Below, piece after piece: positions 40,514 to 55,959 of a stretch of 64,000 nucleotides of DNA. The notes beneath the pieces are model-generated. The model was not told the origin of the DNA. It was given only the letters and a program-made list of their open reading frames with translations, and did no database searches. Source of the DNA: Eledone cirrhosa (taxonomy: Eukaryota); contig OZ024756.1 in assembly GCA_964016885.1 (NCBI GenBank), positions 6,758,001-6,822,000 on the forward strand, in the 5' to 3' direction. Numbering within the stretch: the stretch's first letter is position 1; every line of letters begins with the position of its first letter. The position numbers and the translations under genes were made by a program.

Positions 40514-43500
40514 TACCCATCTTCCGGCTTCTCTGGAGAATTGTAAAAGCACATATCGTTATATGCTTTTTCTATGAAAATTAGTAGTGGGTAGACTAAT
40601 TTGCATAGAACGTGAGTCATTGTACGCACCGGTTCAGCGGAAACGATAAAAACAAATAACGAAACGAAATTAAATTTTGTTTCGCTTCTAACTCACTTTT
40701 GTATGACTGACGCTTAAACAATTAAGTTAAAGTGTACATCTACATATGTATACGGAAGTATTAGTATGCATATAAATACACACATGTATACATATGTACA
40801 TGTACTCAGCTTTTCACTAGACACTTTACAGTGAGTGTCAGCTAGTCTGTATGTAACCACACAGGCGGACCGGGTTTTAGAGTCATACGAGTTTTCAAGG
40901 AAACACATTTCCTCTATTCTCCAGAGGGCCACACAGGAATATTGGACTAGTTTCGATGTTATTACATCTCATCAGCAATATTTACCCATCTTCCGGCTTC
41001 TCTGGAGAATTGTAAAAGCACATATCGTTATATGCTTTTTCTATGAAAATTAGTAGTGGGTAGACTAATTTGCATAGAACGTGAGTCATTGTACGCACCG
41101 GTTCAGCGGAAACGATAAAAACAAATAACGAAACGAAATTAAATTTTGTTTCGCTTCTAACTCACTTCTGTATGACTGACGCTTAAACAATTAAGTTAAA
41201 GTGTACATCTACATATGTATACGGAAGTATTAGTATGCATATAAATACACACATGTATACATATGTACATGTACTCAGCTTTTCACTAGACACTTTACAG
41301 TGAGTGTCAGCTAGTCTGTATGTAACCACACAGGCGGACCGGGTTTTAGAGTCATACGAGTTTTCAAGGAAACACATTTCCTCTATTCTCCAGAGGGCCA
41401 CACAGGAATATTGGACTAGTTTCGATGTTATTACATCTCATCAGCAATATTTACCCATCTTCCGGCTTCTCTGGAGAATTGTAAAAGCACATATCGTTAT
41501 ATGCTTTTTCTATGAAAATTAGTAGTGGGTAGACTAATTTGCATAGAACGTGAGTCATTGTACGCACCGGTTCAGCGGAAACGATAAAAACAAATAACGA
41601 AACGAAATTAAATTTTGTTTCGCTTCTAACTCACTTTTGTATGACTGACGCTTAAACAATTAAGTTAAAGTGTACATCTACATATGTATACGGAAGTATT
41701 AGTATGCATATAAATACACACATGTATACATATGTACATGTACTCAGCTTTTCACTAGACACTTTACAGTGAGTGTCAGCTAGTCTGTATGTAACCACAC
41801 AGGCGGACCGGGTTTTAGAGTCATACGAGTTTTCAAGGAAACACATTTCCTCTATTCTCCAGAGGGCCACACAGGAATATTGGACTAGTTTCGATGTTAT
41901 TACATCTCATCAGCAATATTTACCCATCTTCCGGCTTCTCTGGAGAATTGTAAAAGCACATATCGTTATATGCTTTTTCTATGAAAATTAGTAGTGGGTA
42001 GACTAATTTGCATAGAACGTGAGTCATTGTACGCACCGGTTCAGCGGAAACGATAAAAACAAATAACGAAACGAAATTAAATTTTGTTTCGCTTCTAACT
42101 CACTTTTGTATGACTGACGCTTAAACAATTAAGTTAAAGTGTACATCTACATATGTATACGGAAGTATTAGTATGCATATAAATACACACATGTATACAT
42201 ATGTACATGTACTCAGCTTTTCACTAGACACTTTACAGTGAGTGTCAGCTAGTCTGTATGTAACCACACAGGCGGACCGGGTTTTAGAGTCATACGAGTT
42301 TTCAAGGAAACACATTTCCTCTATTCTCCAGAGGGCCACACAGGAATATTGGACTAGTTTCGATGTTATTACATCTCATCAGCAATATTTACCCATCTTC
42401 CGGCTTCTCTGGAGAATTGTAAAAGCACATATCGTTATATGCTTTTTCTATGAAAATTAGTAGTGGGTAGACTAATTTGCATAGAACGTGAGTCATTGTA
42501 CGCACCGGTTCAGCGGAAACGATAAAAACAAATAACGAAACGAAATTAAATTTTGTTTCGCTTCTAACTCACTTTTGTATGACTGACGCTTAAACAATTA
42601 AGTTAAAGTGTACATCTACATATGTATACGGAAGTATTAGTATGCATATAAATACACACATGTATACATATGTACATGTACTCAGCTTTTCACTAGACAC
42701 TTTACAGTGAGTGTCAGCTAGTCTGTATGTAACCACACAGGCGGACCGGGTTTTAGAGTCATACGAGTTTTCAAGGAAACACATTTCCTCTATTCTCCAG
42801 AGGGCCACACAGGAATATTGGACTAGTTTCGATGTTATTACATCTCATCAGCAATATTTACCCATCTTCCGGCTTCTCTGGAGAATTGTAAAAGCACATA
42901 TCGTTATATGCTTTTTCTATGAAAATTAGTAGTGGGTAGACTAATTTGCATAGAACGTGAGTCATTGTACGCACCGGTTCAGCGGAAACGATAAAAACAA
43001 ATAACAAAACGAAATTAAATTTTGTTTCGCTTCTAACTCACTTTTGTATGACTGACGCTTAAACAATTAAGTTAAAGTGTACATCTACATATGTATACGG
43101 AAGTATTAGTATGCATATAAATACACACATGTATACATATGTACATGTACTCAGCTTTTCACTAGACACTTTACAGTGAGTGTCAGCTAGTCTGTATGTA
43201 ACCACACAGGCGGACCGGGTTTTAGAGTCATACGAGTTTTCAAGGAAACACATTTCCTCTATTCTCCAGAGGGCCACACAGGAATATTGGACTAGTTTCG
43301 ATGTTATTACATCTCATCAGCAATATTTACCCATCTTCCGGCTTCTCTGGAGAATTGTAAAAGCACATATCGTTATATGCTTTTTCTATGAAAATTAGTA
43401 GTGGGTAGACTAATTAGCCCTCTGGAGAATAGAGGAAATGTGTTTCCTTGAAAACTCGTATGACTCTAAAACCCGGTCCGCCTGTGTGGTTACATACAGA

Positions 43501-43832
43501 CTAGCTGACACTCACTGTAAAGTGTCTAGTGAAAAGCTGAGTACATGTACATATGTATACATGTGTGTATTTATATGCATACTAATACTTCCGTATACAT
43601 ATGTAGATGTACACTTTAACTTAATTGTTTAAGCGTCAGTCATACAAAAGTGAGTTAGAAGCGAAACAAAATTTAATTTCGTTTCGTTATTTGTTTTTAT
43701 CGTTTCCGCTGAACCGGTGCGTACAATGACTCACGTTCTATGCAAATTAGTCTACCCACTACTAATTTTCATAGAAAAAGCATATAACGATATGTGCTTT
43801 TACAATTCTCCAGAGAAGCCGGAAGATGGGTA

Positions 43833-43877
43833 AATATTGCTGATGAGATGTAATAACATCGAAACTAGTCCAATATT
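43833..43877 (+). ncRNA. Minimal type I hammerhead in the inverted arm
   Basis: AATATTG-CTGATGA-GATGTAATAACATC-GAAA-CTAG-TC-CAATATT; predicted cleavage after 43870. Confidence 0.92.
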
Positions 43878-44162
43878 CCTGTGTGGCCCTCTGGAGAATA
43901 GAGGAAATGTGTTTCCTTGAAAACTCGTATGACTCTAAAACCCGGTCCGCCTGTGTGGTTACATACAGACTAGCTGACACTCACTGTAAAGTGTCTAGTG
44001 AAAAGCTGAGTACATGTACATATGTATACATGTGTGTATTTATATGCATACTAATACTTCCGTATACATATGTAGATGTACACTTTAACTTAATTGTTTA
44101 AGCGTCAGTCATACAAAAGTGAGTTAGAAGCGAAACAAAATTTAATTTCGTTTCGTTATTTG

Positions 44163-44212
<50 letters not shown>

Positions 44213-44215
<3 letters not shown>

Positions 44216-44407
44216 CGAAGGAAATGTGGTAAGGAACCAGGTGGACCATAACGCACCAAAGTACTCAATACTTAGAGTAGTAGAGTGGGTAATAGGAACG
44301 AGTGGGACCCCGACGGCTGAGCTCAAGCCGTTTCGACGGCTAATTCTGGACGGAATTAGCCGTCGAAACGGCTTGAGCTCAGCCGTCGGGTTCCCACTCG
44401 TTCCTAT
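44213..44407. mobile_element. Family D foldback element
   Basis: Near-perfect palindrome 44292-44407. Confidence 0.8.
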
Positions 44408-44428
44408 ATATATATATATATATATATA

Positions 44429-45039
44429 TAAATATAAGAAAAATGGAGTGCTGCGTGGTTGCACATGGGTTACATATGAATAAAATTAGTCCTTCATCAA
44501 TGATCTTCCAACCTTCATTGGTATTTCATCGCTTTAAAAATCATATACCTCTGGTTGGTACGAGCAATAACTAAATAAAGTTATAGGGACAATTAATATA
44601 GCGTGAAGCGATCGAGACATGTAAACAAACAAATATGGTATTGCAACGGAAAGATAGGAAGAGACAAGTACATGATATCTATAAGCTTAAGCTTGGTGAA
44701 TTCATGGACGAGAGATACAGACGATCCGACATGGATGGGATGTGAGCGAGAAAAGGATTTCACACAGGTCAAACGGGAGGAAGTCAGAGAGGAGGAGAGG
44801 CAGACAGTCAGTGAGTGAAGTATGAGGAAGAGGCCAGCCGAGAGAGAGTGTGACTGGCAGAGGGGGTAAAAAGAAGGTGAGAGATAGAGAGAGAGGGGGG
44901 AATCAGTAAGAAATAAACAGACAATCGCAGCTGAGTAAAAAAATAAATATAAGAAAAATGGAGTGCTGCGTGGTTGCACATGGGTGACATATGAATAAAA
45001 TTAGTCCTTCATCAGTGATCTTCCAACCTTCATTGGTAT
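44429..45039. mobile_element. Element with about 95-bp terminal direct repeats (period about 515 bp)
   Basis: TAAATATAAGAAAAATGGAGTGCTGCGTGG..CCTTCATTGGTAT at about 44429-44524 and 44944-45039. Confidence 0.6.
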
Positions 45040-45073
45040 ATGCACTTATAAATACATACATATATATACACAG

Positions 45074-45104
<31 letters not shown>

Positions 45105-45146
45105 CATATATTTATATATACACACACACATATATATATTTCAAAT

Positions 45147-45205
<59 letters not shown>

Positions 45206-45360
45206 AATATATGTATATATATGTATATATGTCGAAACCGCTCGAGCTATACCGTCGGGGTCATACGTTTTCCTATATATATATATATATACACACTTAT
45301 AAATACATACATATATATACAGAGATATATATACATATATACATATATTTATATATACAT

Positions 45361-45411
<51 letters not shown>

Positions 45412-45448
45412 TTTCACATATCTATACACACACACAGACACATGTATG

Positions 45449-45497
<49 letters not shown>

Positions 45498-45645
45498 CAC
45501 ATATCTGACAAGGATGACTAAGCACAATTCAGGAGGTGTGACCTTATTAATATTCTTTTCATGAAGATCACCAGAGTGTGACACATGTTAATTTGTTTAT
45601 ATACATATATATATATATATGTGTATGTGTGTATGTATGTCTGTG

Positions 45646-45710
<65 letters not shown>

Positions 45711-45762
45711 ATATATATATATATATGTGTTTGTGTCTATATATATATGTGTGTGTGTGTGT

Positions 45763-45806
<44 letters not shown>

Positions 45807-45807
45807 A

Positions 45808-45838
<31 letters not shown>

Positions 45839-45849
45839 GTGTGTGTATG

Positions 45850-45880
<31 letters not shown>

Positions 45881-45882
45881 AA

Positions 45883-45920
<38 letters not shown>

Positions 45921-46102
45921 CAATGGAATTGTGGTAAGGAACCAGATGTAACGCACCAGAGTACTCAATACTTAGGGTAGTAGAGTGGGAAATAGGAAAT
46001 TGTATGACCCCGACGGCAGAGCTCAAGCCGATTCTGGACCGAAATAGTCCAGAAATAGCCGTCGAAACGGCTTGAGCTCTGCCGTCGGGGTCATACAATT
46101 TC

Positions 46103-46105
<3 letters not shown>
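45921..46105. mobile_element. Family D foldback element (short fragment also at 45231-45275)
   Basis: Sequence match to the other D copies. Confidence 0.75.
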
Positions 46106-46142
<37 letters not shown>

Positions 46143-46173
46143 GTGTGTGTGTATATATACATATGTGTGTGTG

Positions 46174-46221
<48 letters not shown>

Positions 46222-46417
46222 CGTGTCTCTCTATATATATATATATGTATATATATAAATATATATATATATATGTGTGTGTATATATATATATATATAT
46301 GTGTGTGTCTGTATATATATATACATGTGTGTGTGTGTCTGTATATATATATATATATATATATATAAATATATATATGTGTGTGTCTGTATATATATAT
46401 ATACATGTGTGTGTGTG

Positions 46418-46476
<59 letters not shown>

Positions 46477-46653
46477 CTGTGTATATATATACATGTGTGT
46501 GTGTGTCTGTATATATATATATATATGTGTGTGTGTGGATGTATATAATTATGTGTGTATATATATATATATATATGTGTGTGTGTGGATGTATATAATT
46601 ATGTGTGTATATATATATATATGTGTGTGTGTGGATGTATATAATTATGTGTG

Positions 46654-46686
<33 letters not shown>

Positions 46687-46824
46687 AGTCCTACCTGTCT
46701 ACCAAGACGAGTCACTCCCCTCCAGGTGGTCTAATTAGTAATATTGATATAGATAATTAATCATTCTTAATATCTTGAAGTCTTCTGGCTACGGCGTTGC
46801 TATTGGAAACGCACGAGTATTGTA

Positions 46825-48235
46825 CTATATATACTTTATATACACACTTTATATATACACTTTATATATACACGTTATATATACACTTTATATATACACT
46901 TTATATATATATATACACTTTATATACACATTTTATACGCACATTATATATACACTTTATATATACACTTTATATATACACTTTATATATACACTTTATA
47001 TATATATATACACTTTATATATATACACTTTATATATACACTTTATATATACACTTTATATACACACTTTATATATTACACTTTATATATACACTTTATA
47101 TACACACTTTATATATACACTTTATATATATACACTTTATATATACACTTTATGTATACACTTTTTATACACACTTCATATACACACTTTATATATACAC
47201 TTTATATATATACACTTTATATATACACTTTATATATACACTTTATATTCACACTTCATATACACACTTTATATACACACTTTAGATACACACTTTATAT
47301 ATACACTTTAGATACACACTTTATATATACACTTTATATATACACTTTATATGCAGACTTTATATATACACTCTTTATATATGCACACTTTATATATACA
47401 CTCTTTATATATACACTTTATACACTCTTTATATAACACTTTATACACACTTTATATATACAAACTTTATATACACACTTTATATATACACTTTATATAT
47501 ACACTTTATATACACACTTTATATACACACTTTATATACACACTTTATCTACACACGTTATATACACACTTCATAAACACTTTATATACACACTTTATAT
47601 ATACACTTTATATATACACACTGTTTATATATTGTATATATACACTTTATATATACACTTTATATATACACTTTATATACACACTTTATATACATTTTAT
47701 ATATACACACTTTATACACACTTTATATATACACTTTATATATACACACTTTCTACACACTTTATATACACACTTTATACATACACTTTATATATACATT
47801 TTATATATATACACTTTATATATACACCCTTTATATATACACCCTTTATATATACACACTTTCTATATACACACTTTATATATACACACTTTATACATAC
47901 ACACTTTATATACACACTTTATATATACACTCTTTATACACACACACTTTATATATACACACTTTATACACATACACTTTATACACACTTTATACACACA
48001 CACTTTATACACACTTTATATATACAACTTTATACATACACACTTTATACACACTTTATATATACACACTTTATATGTCATACACTTTATACACACTTTA
48101 TACATACACACTTTATACACACACACTTTATACACACTTTATATATACACACTTTATACATACACACTTTATATACACACACTTTATACACACTTTATAT
48201 ATACACACTTTATATATACACACTTTATGCACACA
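46825..48235. repeat. Degenerate (TATATACACTT)n satellite
   Basis: Direct reading. Confidence 0.9.
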
Positions 48236-48690
48236 TTTGTGTATTATAGTCACGTGATCATATCACAAGTGAGGTAACAAGAAAGGACCATGTCAACAGT
48301 GTTATCCTAATAAGATGTCCCTACCCCCCGGGGTCTTAACCCCACCCCACCCCCCTCATAGATATCTACCTTATTACCATTAATACTTGTACAGTCTTCA
48401 GTCTAAGCATGACGCAGGTTATCTCCCTTCTCGTCTCCACTTCAACAAAGGGGTGTGCCTCCCCCCTTTTCACTCCTACATATAAGTGTACCAGGCATAC
48501 AGACAGACGGACAAATAGCTCTTCTTTTATAATATAGATTGAGTACACGTCTTTTCTAAGTGAGAATACCTATTTCGAAGTGAGCACTTGCCACTTAGAA
48601 TAAGAACATATCACATCAAAGTGAGAAGGGCGATTTCAAAGTGATCTCAACAAGACTTAAACTTTATTTAATTAACCAAAAGTAAATAAT

Positions 48691-48872
48691 TGTTTCTACT
48701 TTAGGCACAAGGCCAGCAATTACCCAGTGCATTACTGGTACTTTATTTTATCGACCCCGTAAGGATGAAAGGCAAAGTCAACCTCGGCGGGATTTGAACT
48801 CAGATCGTAAAGGGACGTAACTATGCTGGAAAGCATGGCGTCCGACCCTCTACCGATACTGCCAATCTACCG
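48691..48872 (-). mobile_element. tRNA-head SINE with perfect 16-bp TSD
   Basis: TSD ACCAAAAGTAAATAAT at 48675-48690 and 48873-48888; A/B boxes intact. Confidence 0.93.
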
Positions 48873-49060
48873 ACCAAAAGTAAATAATACATGGGCACAA
48901 GACTTTGTCAGCTGGAGAATGCGATGTTATAAGCAAAACAAAAGAAAAAACACCTTTTAATTCATAGTTATAATAGTTCACGAAGAGATTGCTATTGCCA
49001 CCTGAAGTATTATGTCCATCTTTGAAGTGACAGGCTTCACCTTTAACCCTTTAGCATTTA

Positions 49061-50545
49061 CATTACTCAATATATACTATTGTATTTTCACAGTAAAGGC
49101 TTTACCTCACATAATATCTCACATAGCATTTACATTACCCCTTGTATCTGTCCCTACCTTTTGTGCCCTAGTGGCAAATAAAGAAACCACTCTATGTATA
49201 CTATTGTATTTTCACAGTAAAGTCTTTACCTCACATAATACCTCACATAGCATTTACATTACTTTATATATACTATTGTATTTTCACAGTAAAGGCTTTA
49301 CCTCACATAATATCTCACATAACATTTACATTACATTATATATACTATTGTATTTTCACAGTAAAGGCTTTACCTCACATAATATCTCACATAGCATTTC
49401 CATTACTCTATATATACTATTGCATTTTCACAGTAAAGTCTTTACCTCACATAATATCTCACATAACTTTTACACTACTCTATATATACTATTGTATTTT
49501 CACAGTAAAGGCTTTACCTCACATAATATCTCACATAGCATTTCCATTACTCTATATATACTATTGCATTTTCACAGTAAATACTTTACCTCACATAACA
49601 TCTCACATAACATTTACATTACTCTATATATACTATTGTATTTTCACAGTAAAGGCTTTACCTCACATAATATCTCACATAACATTTACATTACATTATA
49701 TATACTATTGTATTTTCACAGTAAAGGCTTTACCTCACTTAATATCTCACATAGCATTTCCATTACTCTATATATACTATTGCATTTTCACAGTAAAGTC
49801 TTTACCTCACATAATACCTCACATAACATTTACACTACTCTATATATACTATTGTATTTTCACAGTAAAGGCTTTACCTCACATAATATCTCACATAGCA
49901 TTTCCATTACTCTATATATACTATTGCATTTTCACAGTAAAGTATTTACCTCACATAATATCTCATATAACATTTACATTACTCTATATATACTATTGCA
50001 TTTTCACAGTAAATACTTTACCTCACATAACATCTCACATAACATTTACATTACTCTATATATACTATTGTATTTTCACAGTAAAGACTTTACCTCACAT
50101 AACATCTCACATAACATTTACATTACTCTATATATACTATTGTATTTTCACAGTAAATGCTTTACCTCACATAACATCTCACATAACATTTACATTACTC
50201 TATATATACTATTGTATTTTCACAGTAAATGCTTTACCTCACATAACATCTCACATAACATTTACATTACTCTATATATACTATGGTATTTTCATAGCAA
50301 AGGCTTTATTTCACATAATATATCACATAACATTTACATTACTTTATATATACTATTGTATTTTCACAGTAAAGTCTTTACCTCACATATCTCACATAAC
50401 ATTTACATTACTCTATATATACTATTGTATTTTCATGGTAAAGGCTTTACCTCACATAACATCTCACATAACATTTACATTACTCTATATATACTATTGT
50501 ATTTTCATGGTAAAGGCTTTACCTCACATAATATCTCACATAACA
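49061..50545. repeat. 72-bp tandem satellite (about 20 units; resumes at 56197-56320)
   Basis: Unit CACAGTAAAGGCTTTACCTCACATAATATCTCACATAACATTTACATTACTCTATATATACTATTGTATTTT. Confidence 0.95.
49138..49188 (+). mobile_element. 51-bp 5'-truncated copy of the 3' end of LINE copy 2
   Basis: Identical to 56146-56196 (CCCCTTGTATCTGTCCCTACCTTTTGTGCCCTAGTGGCAAATAAAGAAACC). Confidence 0.9.
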
Positions 50546-50757
50546 ACTCGTATACGAGAGACGTGTGTTGACGTATGTGAACAAGCTCGGCTACCGAGTC
50601 GGATTTACTTACTCAAAAGTGAGTTTTGATAAAAAAATTTTATACTGTAATATACGTTAACCCCTTGCCTTGGTCGTCAAACTTTGAGTTTATTTATTTT
50701 CGCCCCTTTTTGGGGCGAATTTTCCAGTTAAAAATTTATTACGGCAAACTAATAGAA

Positions 50758-52500
50758 ATGGACGGAATTTTCACATCTCATCCTAACGTGAAAGCCACGC
50801 CCCCTAAGAAAGGTGATACAGAGAAGCTAGAAGCACAAGGCTCTAAGTCTTCCCTCCTCACTTCTGCAAAAGAAACATGGAACACGGAATTAAAAGAAAA
50901 ATTTGTAAAAATGGGTGAAAACCCAGAAAGTCACATAAACGCAGACAAAAACAACAACGACAATAACAGCAATAGTCACAACACCAACCAAGGAAAAAAT
51001 AACGATAACACCAAACAAAGCGAACCCACTACTGGTGCCTCCTTTGCACAGGCGGACGGAAAACACAGACCTGCAAGCAACTGGACATTACAACTCTGAG
51101 AGAAAAGATGAAGGAAGCAAAACAGTATGTAACTTTCAAAGAAGGAGGAGACTACACAATCACCTCCCCACAAGAAATCAAAAGAGACACGACACTAAGA
51201 ACGATATCTTTCAGAACAATTTCCAACATAACAAGGAAACCAGCTCAATTTTCCCAAAAAGAAATTGAGCTGGTCCTAAAAAATGTGTGGAGGGATATAT
51301 CGTTCATACAAAAAGGGCCACTCTATGGGAATATAACGGTGCTTATGAAGGATCAATTGACGGCCAGGAAATACTCTGTGGCGCCAATTGTTTCCAAGCT
51401 ACACACATTTTTCCCCACATATTTAGGGAAAAGAACGCAGAAAATAAGGGTCTCCGGAATCCGGCCAAATGCATGCATTTCCTGGGTACTAACAGGATTT
51501 TTAGAAGACGAGGACGGAATCCTCTCAGTAGGAGAAGTCACAACAGAAGTTTTCGGCGGTTTGAGCGTGGAGGTTCTGGTCCAAATGAGACCAGAACGAA
51601 TAGCTAGAATACCACAGAGGGTGTCCCTCGATGGAGAAACATTTATATACATTTCAGCCGAGGGTAGGAGGCCCATATGTTACTACTGTTCAAGCAGGGG
51701 TCATCTAAGGGCTACCTGTCCTCAATTGACAAAAAAAAGGCTCTTTTGCCTACACCCCACACACCACCACCGCCGCCACCACCACCTCCACCACCACCAC
51801 CACCACCACCACCACAACAACAACAAAAACAACACGGAAAAATAACACACACACGGCCCCACCCAAAACAAGTCCAAAAACACACACAAACACAACAAAA
51901 CCCCAAAATACACCACTACCCGACAGCACGGACGAGGACCCAGCTGAAACGGCACCTAGTGACGAAGAGGGGGGACCCTTCCAACCTGTAAAAAGGAAAA
52001 AAAGAAAGCACCATTCGAACATAAACGAAACAAACACACAACCACCAACAAAAACAAAACAAACAGAACAAACAAAATCCGCCCCACCCCAAAACATAAC
52101 ACATACAACAAAACGTAAGCACACACAAGAACAACAAACAAACACAACACAAATAAAACAGTATACATACATTAACACAAATAACAAAGAACTAGTAAAA
52201 ACAATACACAAAGACCCTTCGGTGGAAACTGAAGGGCAATTCTTTGCAAGCGCGGCCAACAAACTGCATTTTAAAATGATAAGACTCCCAATGGACACCT
52301 ATGCAAAACTAAGAGAGAACTTTCCTGAGGATGTGGGGAAAACATGTACTCGACCCTATAACCGCGTCCTCTTGAAACGTTTCCCCACCCACACCTCACC
52401 AAACACCCCCAATCCGCCACAGAACAACACCCCACCAAACAACCCCTCCAATACGCCCATGGATATTGTGCAACCTGCTCCTCAGGAGCCGAACAGGTAG
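50758..52500 (+). pseudogene. LINE copy 2 ORF1, several frameshifts
   Basis: CYYCSSRGHLRATC knuckle; blocks LGKRTQ, VQMRPERIA, NRVLLK.FP and PMDIVQP match copy 1. Confidence 0.85.
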
Positions 52501-52521
52501 GTCCTTCCTCTTTTAACCAAC

Positions 52522-55500
52522 ATGGCTGATATAAGATTTGGGTGTCTGAATGTACGCGGCCTGGGACTGTCTTGGAAACAAGGCAAACTTTTAAACGATC
52601 TCAGGTCGCATAGAATGGATGTAATGGCTATTTGCGAGTCCAGGATCAGCAGCCAGCACCAACTGGCGCCCCTCTTCGACGACTTTGAGATCTTCGCATC
52701 TCTCTGTCAACCGGGGGGTGGGGGTAGAGTTGTCATTCTGCTGCGAAAACACCTGGGCCTCGCCATACAGAAGGTGCACCTGGACCCGGAGGGTCGACTG
52801 GTGGTTTTAGACGTCGGCAGTCGTGAAAGTGGAGCCCTTAGACTAATAGCTGTGTACGCCCCTTTTTGGGCAGCACGGCCGGAATACTTCCAACGTCTGG
52901 AAACTTTTCTGGGAACGTCCCGCTCCTTGCTTTTAGTGGGGGACTGGAATGGTATCCGGGATGCACGTTGGGACTATGTAGGGGCATGTGCCAATAGAGG
53001 GGGGTGTAAAAGCCTCAAAAGGTTAATCGGCCGATTTGAACTGGCTGATAGATATCGACTAGATTTTCCGACTGTACCACTATGGACGTGGACCAATCGC
53101 AGCGGAACATCTAGGTCGTACCTAGATAGGGTTCTAGTTAGAGAGAAGGATAGGGACACATTTAGCTGTCCAAAATTGTTCATGGTTGACTATTCGGATC
53201 ACAAGTTAGTGACCTGCATAGCCAACCTTGATAGAACCCATAGACAGGGACCCTGTTACTGGAAGCTGAACTTGTCCTTACCGACAAGCAAAGCTTACAG
53301 TAAACGGATTAGCACGTTAGTTAAGCAGAGTTTGACAGGGGCAATTGTCAACAACAGGTGGTGGAGCTCTCTTAAGAGAGCAATTAGAATAGAATCGATA
53401 GGTTTTAGTCAGGAATTAGCAAGGGATAGGAACAAGACGGAAAGGGAATTAGTAGATAGAGTAGAAGAGGCGATTAGGAGTGGCAATGTAGCCGGCGTGC
53501 TGGCATCAAGAATAGCCTTAGACCAGTTATTTGAGGTGAAGCATGAAGGCTGCGTTGTCAGAAGTAAAATACGTGCTCTGGGTAATGAGGGAGCCAAAGC
53601 TGTGAGCTGGGCCCGAGTGACAGAGGTAAAAAGTGGGAACAAGTCCACAATTCGGTCTTTGAAGGACCAGGATGGGCGTGTGATCCTTGAACCTGGGCAG
53701 ATGTGTGCGGCCTTTCAGCGGCACTTTGCACGACTGTTCGAGAGGGGCGGCGCGCCGGGTGAGACTATGGATTTCAATCCATACCTCGACGGCCTGCTGC
53801 GCCTCTCGGACGCGGAGGCGAAGTCCTGCGAAAGGACGATTTCAGCTGCTGAGATAGGGGCGGCGCTGAGCCAATGCGGCAAACGCAAATCCCCGGGTCT
53901 CGATGGTCTACCATACGAGCTATATGTAGTGATGCCGGACTTGTTCTCCGATATCCTCGAAGCGGTCTACTGCAACTGGCAGCAGAACGGCAGAATTCCC
54001 AGTTCTGTGACCAAGGGCGTAGTTACGCTGGTGAGGAAGGATGAGAACAAGGGGGATGACATAAGTAACTTCAGGCCCATAACTCTGCTAAATACAGAGT
54101 TAAAGATTTTGGCCAAGGTGTTAGCGAAGAGGTTGGCGCTTGTCGTCGGAAACCTGGTGGGAGAAGCGCAGACATGCGCAATCCCGTCCAGGTCCATTCA
54201 CGACAATCTCCACCTTATGTGATACATCATAGAGAGGGTAGGGAATGAACCCGGCTTTGGTGGGGCCCTGATCAACTTGGATCAATCTAAAGCTTTCGAT
54301 AGGGTTGACCATCGTTACCTGGATGCGGTGCTCGCGGCGGCAGGCTTCGGACCCGTTTTCAGGGGTTGGATTACTGCGATGCACAGCAGCAACGTCTGCT
54401 CAAGGGTCAAGGTGAACGGCCACCTCTCGGAGCCGTTCCAAATCATGCAATCCATCCGACAGGGATGCCCTCTCTCCTCCCTTCTGTATGTGCTGGCTCT
54501 TGAGCCACTACTGCGGAAGTTGGAGCGGTTGCAGGGCACCCCTTTGGAAACGGGATTGCAGAAAGCGGCGTCGGCCTACGCCGATGACGTGACAGTAATG
54601 GTGTCGAAAACCTCGCAAATCGGTGAGATCGGCACCTTACTGGAGGAATATGAAAGGTTTACAGGAGCCAAGCTGAACCGGGACAAGTCCGTCGGTTTGC
54701 AACTCGGAACATGGAGAGGCAAACCGATGCCCTCCAGTGACGTCGTCGGACGCTGGACGGAGGGCCCGGTGAAGCTGCTTGGGGTCTGGTTCGGACCAGA
54801 CCTCCAGGTGGAGAAAAACTGGAACGAGGTAATGGCCAGGGTGTTTGCACTCACCCAGAAGTGGGCCCAGTGCAAACTATCCCTGAAAGGTCGAGCGGAG
54901 GTGGCGAATACTTATATAGCATCCGTCATCTACTACCGCTTGACCGTCGTGCCTTGCCCAGTGAAAAGACTCGCCAAAATGGAGTGCGCGCTGTTCCAAT
55001 TTCTTTAGAACAAGCGGACCCCTTTGGTGAGGAGATCCATCTGCTGTCAACACCCTTCGAAAGGAGGGCTGGGGATGCCGTGGCTACAGATGCGTAAACA
55101 CGCATTAAGGCTACGGCACCTCCAGGTATTCCTCACCGGTCAACCGGTGTGGGCCCCGTTTGTGAGGCGAGCCTTTCCCAGACTCGTCTCGCTCACCGAG
55201 CTGCAATCCTGGGTCAAGCAAAGACCGAGAAAAGTAGGCGACTGGCACATTGAATGTGCCCAGGCGCTCACGGCCCTCTGGAAAGCGGACCCGGCAATCA
55301 GTGGAGACTCCACCTCGACATTCTATAGAGGGTTGGTACGCAGCAGGTGCGACGATGCTCTCGGAGAAGCTCTAGGCATGGAGGAAGATGAACTGGCCAG
55401 TCTGTTCGGTAGGACGTTTGGCCCTGGACCGATGGACAACTTCCAAAAGTCCCTGGCTTGGCAGTGCTACTGAGGGGCTCTACCCGTTCGAGACAAGCTC

Positions 55501-55959
55501 CACAGGCATGGGAGCCTGGGTAGGGATCCTTTGAATAAGATCTGTCCGAGATGCGTGCATGACGACGAAACCGTTTCGCACGCATTCGTACACTGCCCAG
55601 GCATTGCTGACCTGTGGGGCTATGTGGAACGACTACTGTCGAGGGTGGGACCAATCCGGTTGACCACCGAGTCCATTGTCACGATGAAACCACCTCCCCG
55701 TTTCAAAAACCAAGGAGAGGCGGTTTTTCTCTGTGTGATAGCCATGGCTAAAGAAGTTGTATGGTGGACGAGGCTGAAAGGGCTGAGGTCAGACACCTTT
55801 CTCTCCGGCCAACAACTGGTCCCCTTTTTCAAATACCATTTTAAAAGAAGAATCAGAATGGAGAGAGAGGTGCTCTACCCCAGCAAGTTTTATGAAAGGT
55901 GGGTGAAAGTAGGGAGAATGGCCAGAGTGAATGGGTCTTCTCTCTATATCAGCCTGTAG
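52522..55959 (+). pseudogene. LINE copy 2 ORF2 (APE-RT-CCHC) with three in-frame stops
   Basis: Pieces all in one frame; stops ending at 54222, 55008 and 55473; motifs GDWN, SDH, QGCPLS, YADD, CPRC..H...C. Confidence 0.95.

Noticed and set aside
40366-44101. Repeated 72-aa ORFs on both strands of the 469-bp unit
   Set aside because: Non-ATG starts, no motifs; the unit is better explained as structured RNA
44944-45039. CTGATGAAGG on the minus strand as a hammerhead
   Set aside because: No downstream stem II closure or GAAA found
46775-48277. YTL/HFI-rich ORFs and the many YIYI/VCVC ORFs across the window
   Set aside because: Microsatellite translations
49012-50571. 519-aa ORF with 24-aa repeats
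   Set aside because: Translation of the 72-bp satellite inside a MITE; it reads through a LINE fragment and has no domain
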